DNA of 64,000 nucleotides from Selaginella moellendorffii (Eukaryota; Plantae; Lycopodiophyta): NCBI RefSeq assembly GCF_000143415.4, contig NW_003314358.1, positions 320,731 to 384,730 of the forward strand, read 5' to 3'. Shown piece by piece: positions 63,271 to 64,000 of this stretch (position 1 is its first letter; each line of letters starts with the position of its first letter). The notes under the pieces were generated by a model. It saw only the letters and a program-made list of their open reading frames with translations, ran no database searches and was not told where the DNA came from. The position numbers and the translations under genes were made by a program.

Positions 63271-64000
63271 CAGTTAGTAATAGTTTTTTTGAGAAAATAT
63301 AAAATATATACTATAAGTTTAAATATTATTACATATAGAGAATAATATAATTTAACATACTGACAAATAAACCAAATTAATTATACTTTCAACCATTTAT
63401 GAAAATTGATAGTATTGATGTAGTTTTAGTAAAAGGAAAACTTAAAAAAATATCAAGGTGTTGTCTCGCAATATTGGTTCAGAGCAAATTAAATATTAAG
63501 TACTTATATATATTAATTTATTTTTATAAGTGTTTTTGAGTGTAAATTCAGGTTGTGCAATTCCATTTATAAGATTATCCCATCCTTTTTTATTTATTAT
63601 TATCTATGATTATAAATTATGTAATTTAAGAACTTTAAAATTTTCTAATTCTAAAGGAATAAGTAAAAGGCTTTCTTGGCAAGATGTGAGATGCTCAATT
63701 TGAAATATCCTAAATTATAAATAAACATTATATTAGTTTTATTATTGTAAAGCTTTAAATCTAAAGCTTAATAATTTAATTTACATTTAAGAATCAAATT
63801 TAGTAAGAAAATTAATGAATTCTTTGTTATATTATCTTTGTTTCTATCTTTATATGCTAGTTTAAAGACAAGTGAGGAAACGCTTACTCTTATATATTTT
63901 TAAATAAAAGTAAATGTTGGAATTGAGTGAAATTTTCATTCAAATAAATAGAAATTTATACATTAAGAGCGTTTCCTGGCTACTCCTATTGAAAATGCAA

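Overview
Eukaryotic nuclear DNA from a very compact land-plant genome. Introns are about 45-90 nt and intergenic gaps are often under 100 nt; a Selaginella-type lycophyte is my inference, not proven. The first ~27 kb is a dense block of apparently intact genes: S-domain receptor kinase, SART-1, oligoribonuclease, BOP1 (with a U12 AT-AC intron), group-II WRKY, LYR protein, IMPDH lacking its CBS pair, TIM23-like, adrenodoxin reductase, CDC50/ALIS and an atypical P2B Ca2+-ATPase. The 27-64 kb part is an accessory region. It holds an ~8 kb Ty3/Gypsy LTR retrotransposon (ACAAG target-site duplication) inserted in a protein-kinase gene, many eroded gene fragments (PPR, IMPACT, 2OG-dioxygenase, DUF506, selenium-binding protein, SDP6, DEK1, Ca-ATPase), a rearranged segmental duplication, and two intact tandem genes. 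The two strongest candidates for novelty are (1) that tandem pair, which looks like Bt Cry delta-endotoxin domain I joined to a domain-III-like beta region with no room for domain II, and (2) the retrotransposon polyprotein, which has three tandem retropepsin-like domains and four zinc knuckles. All family calls come from motif recognition by eye; no searches were run.
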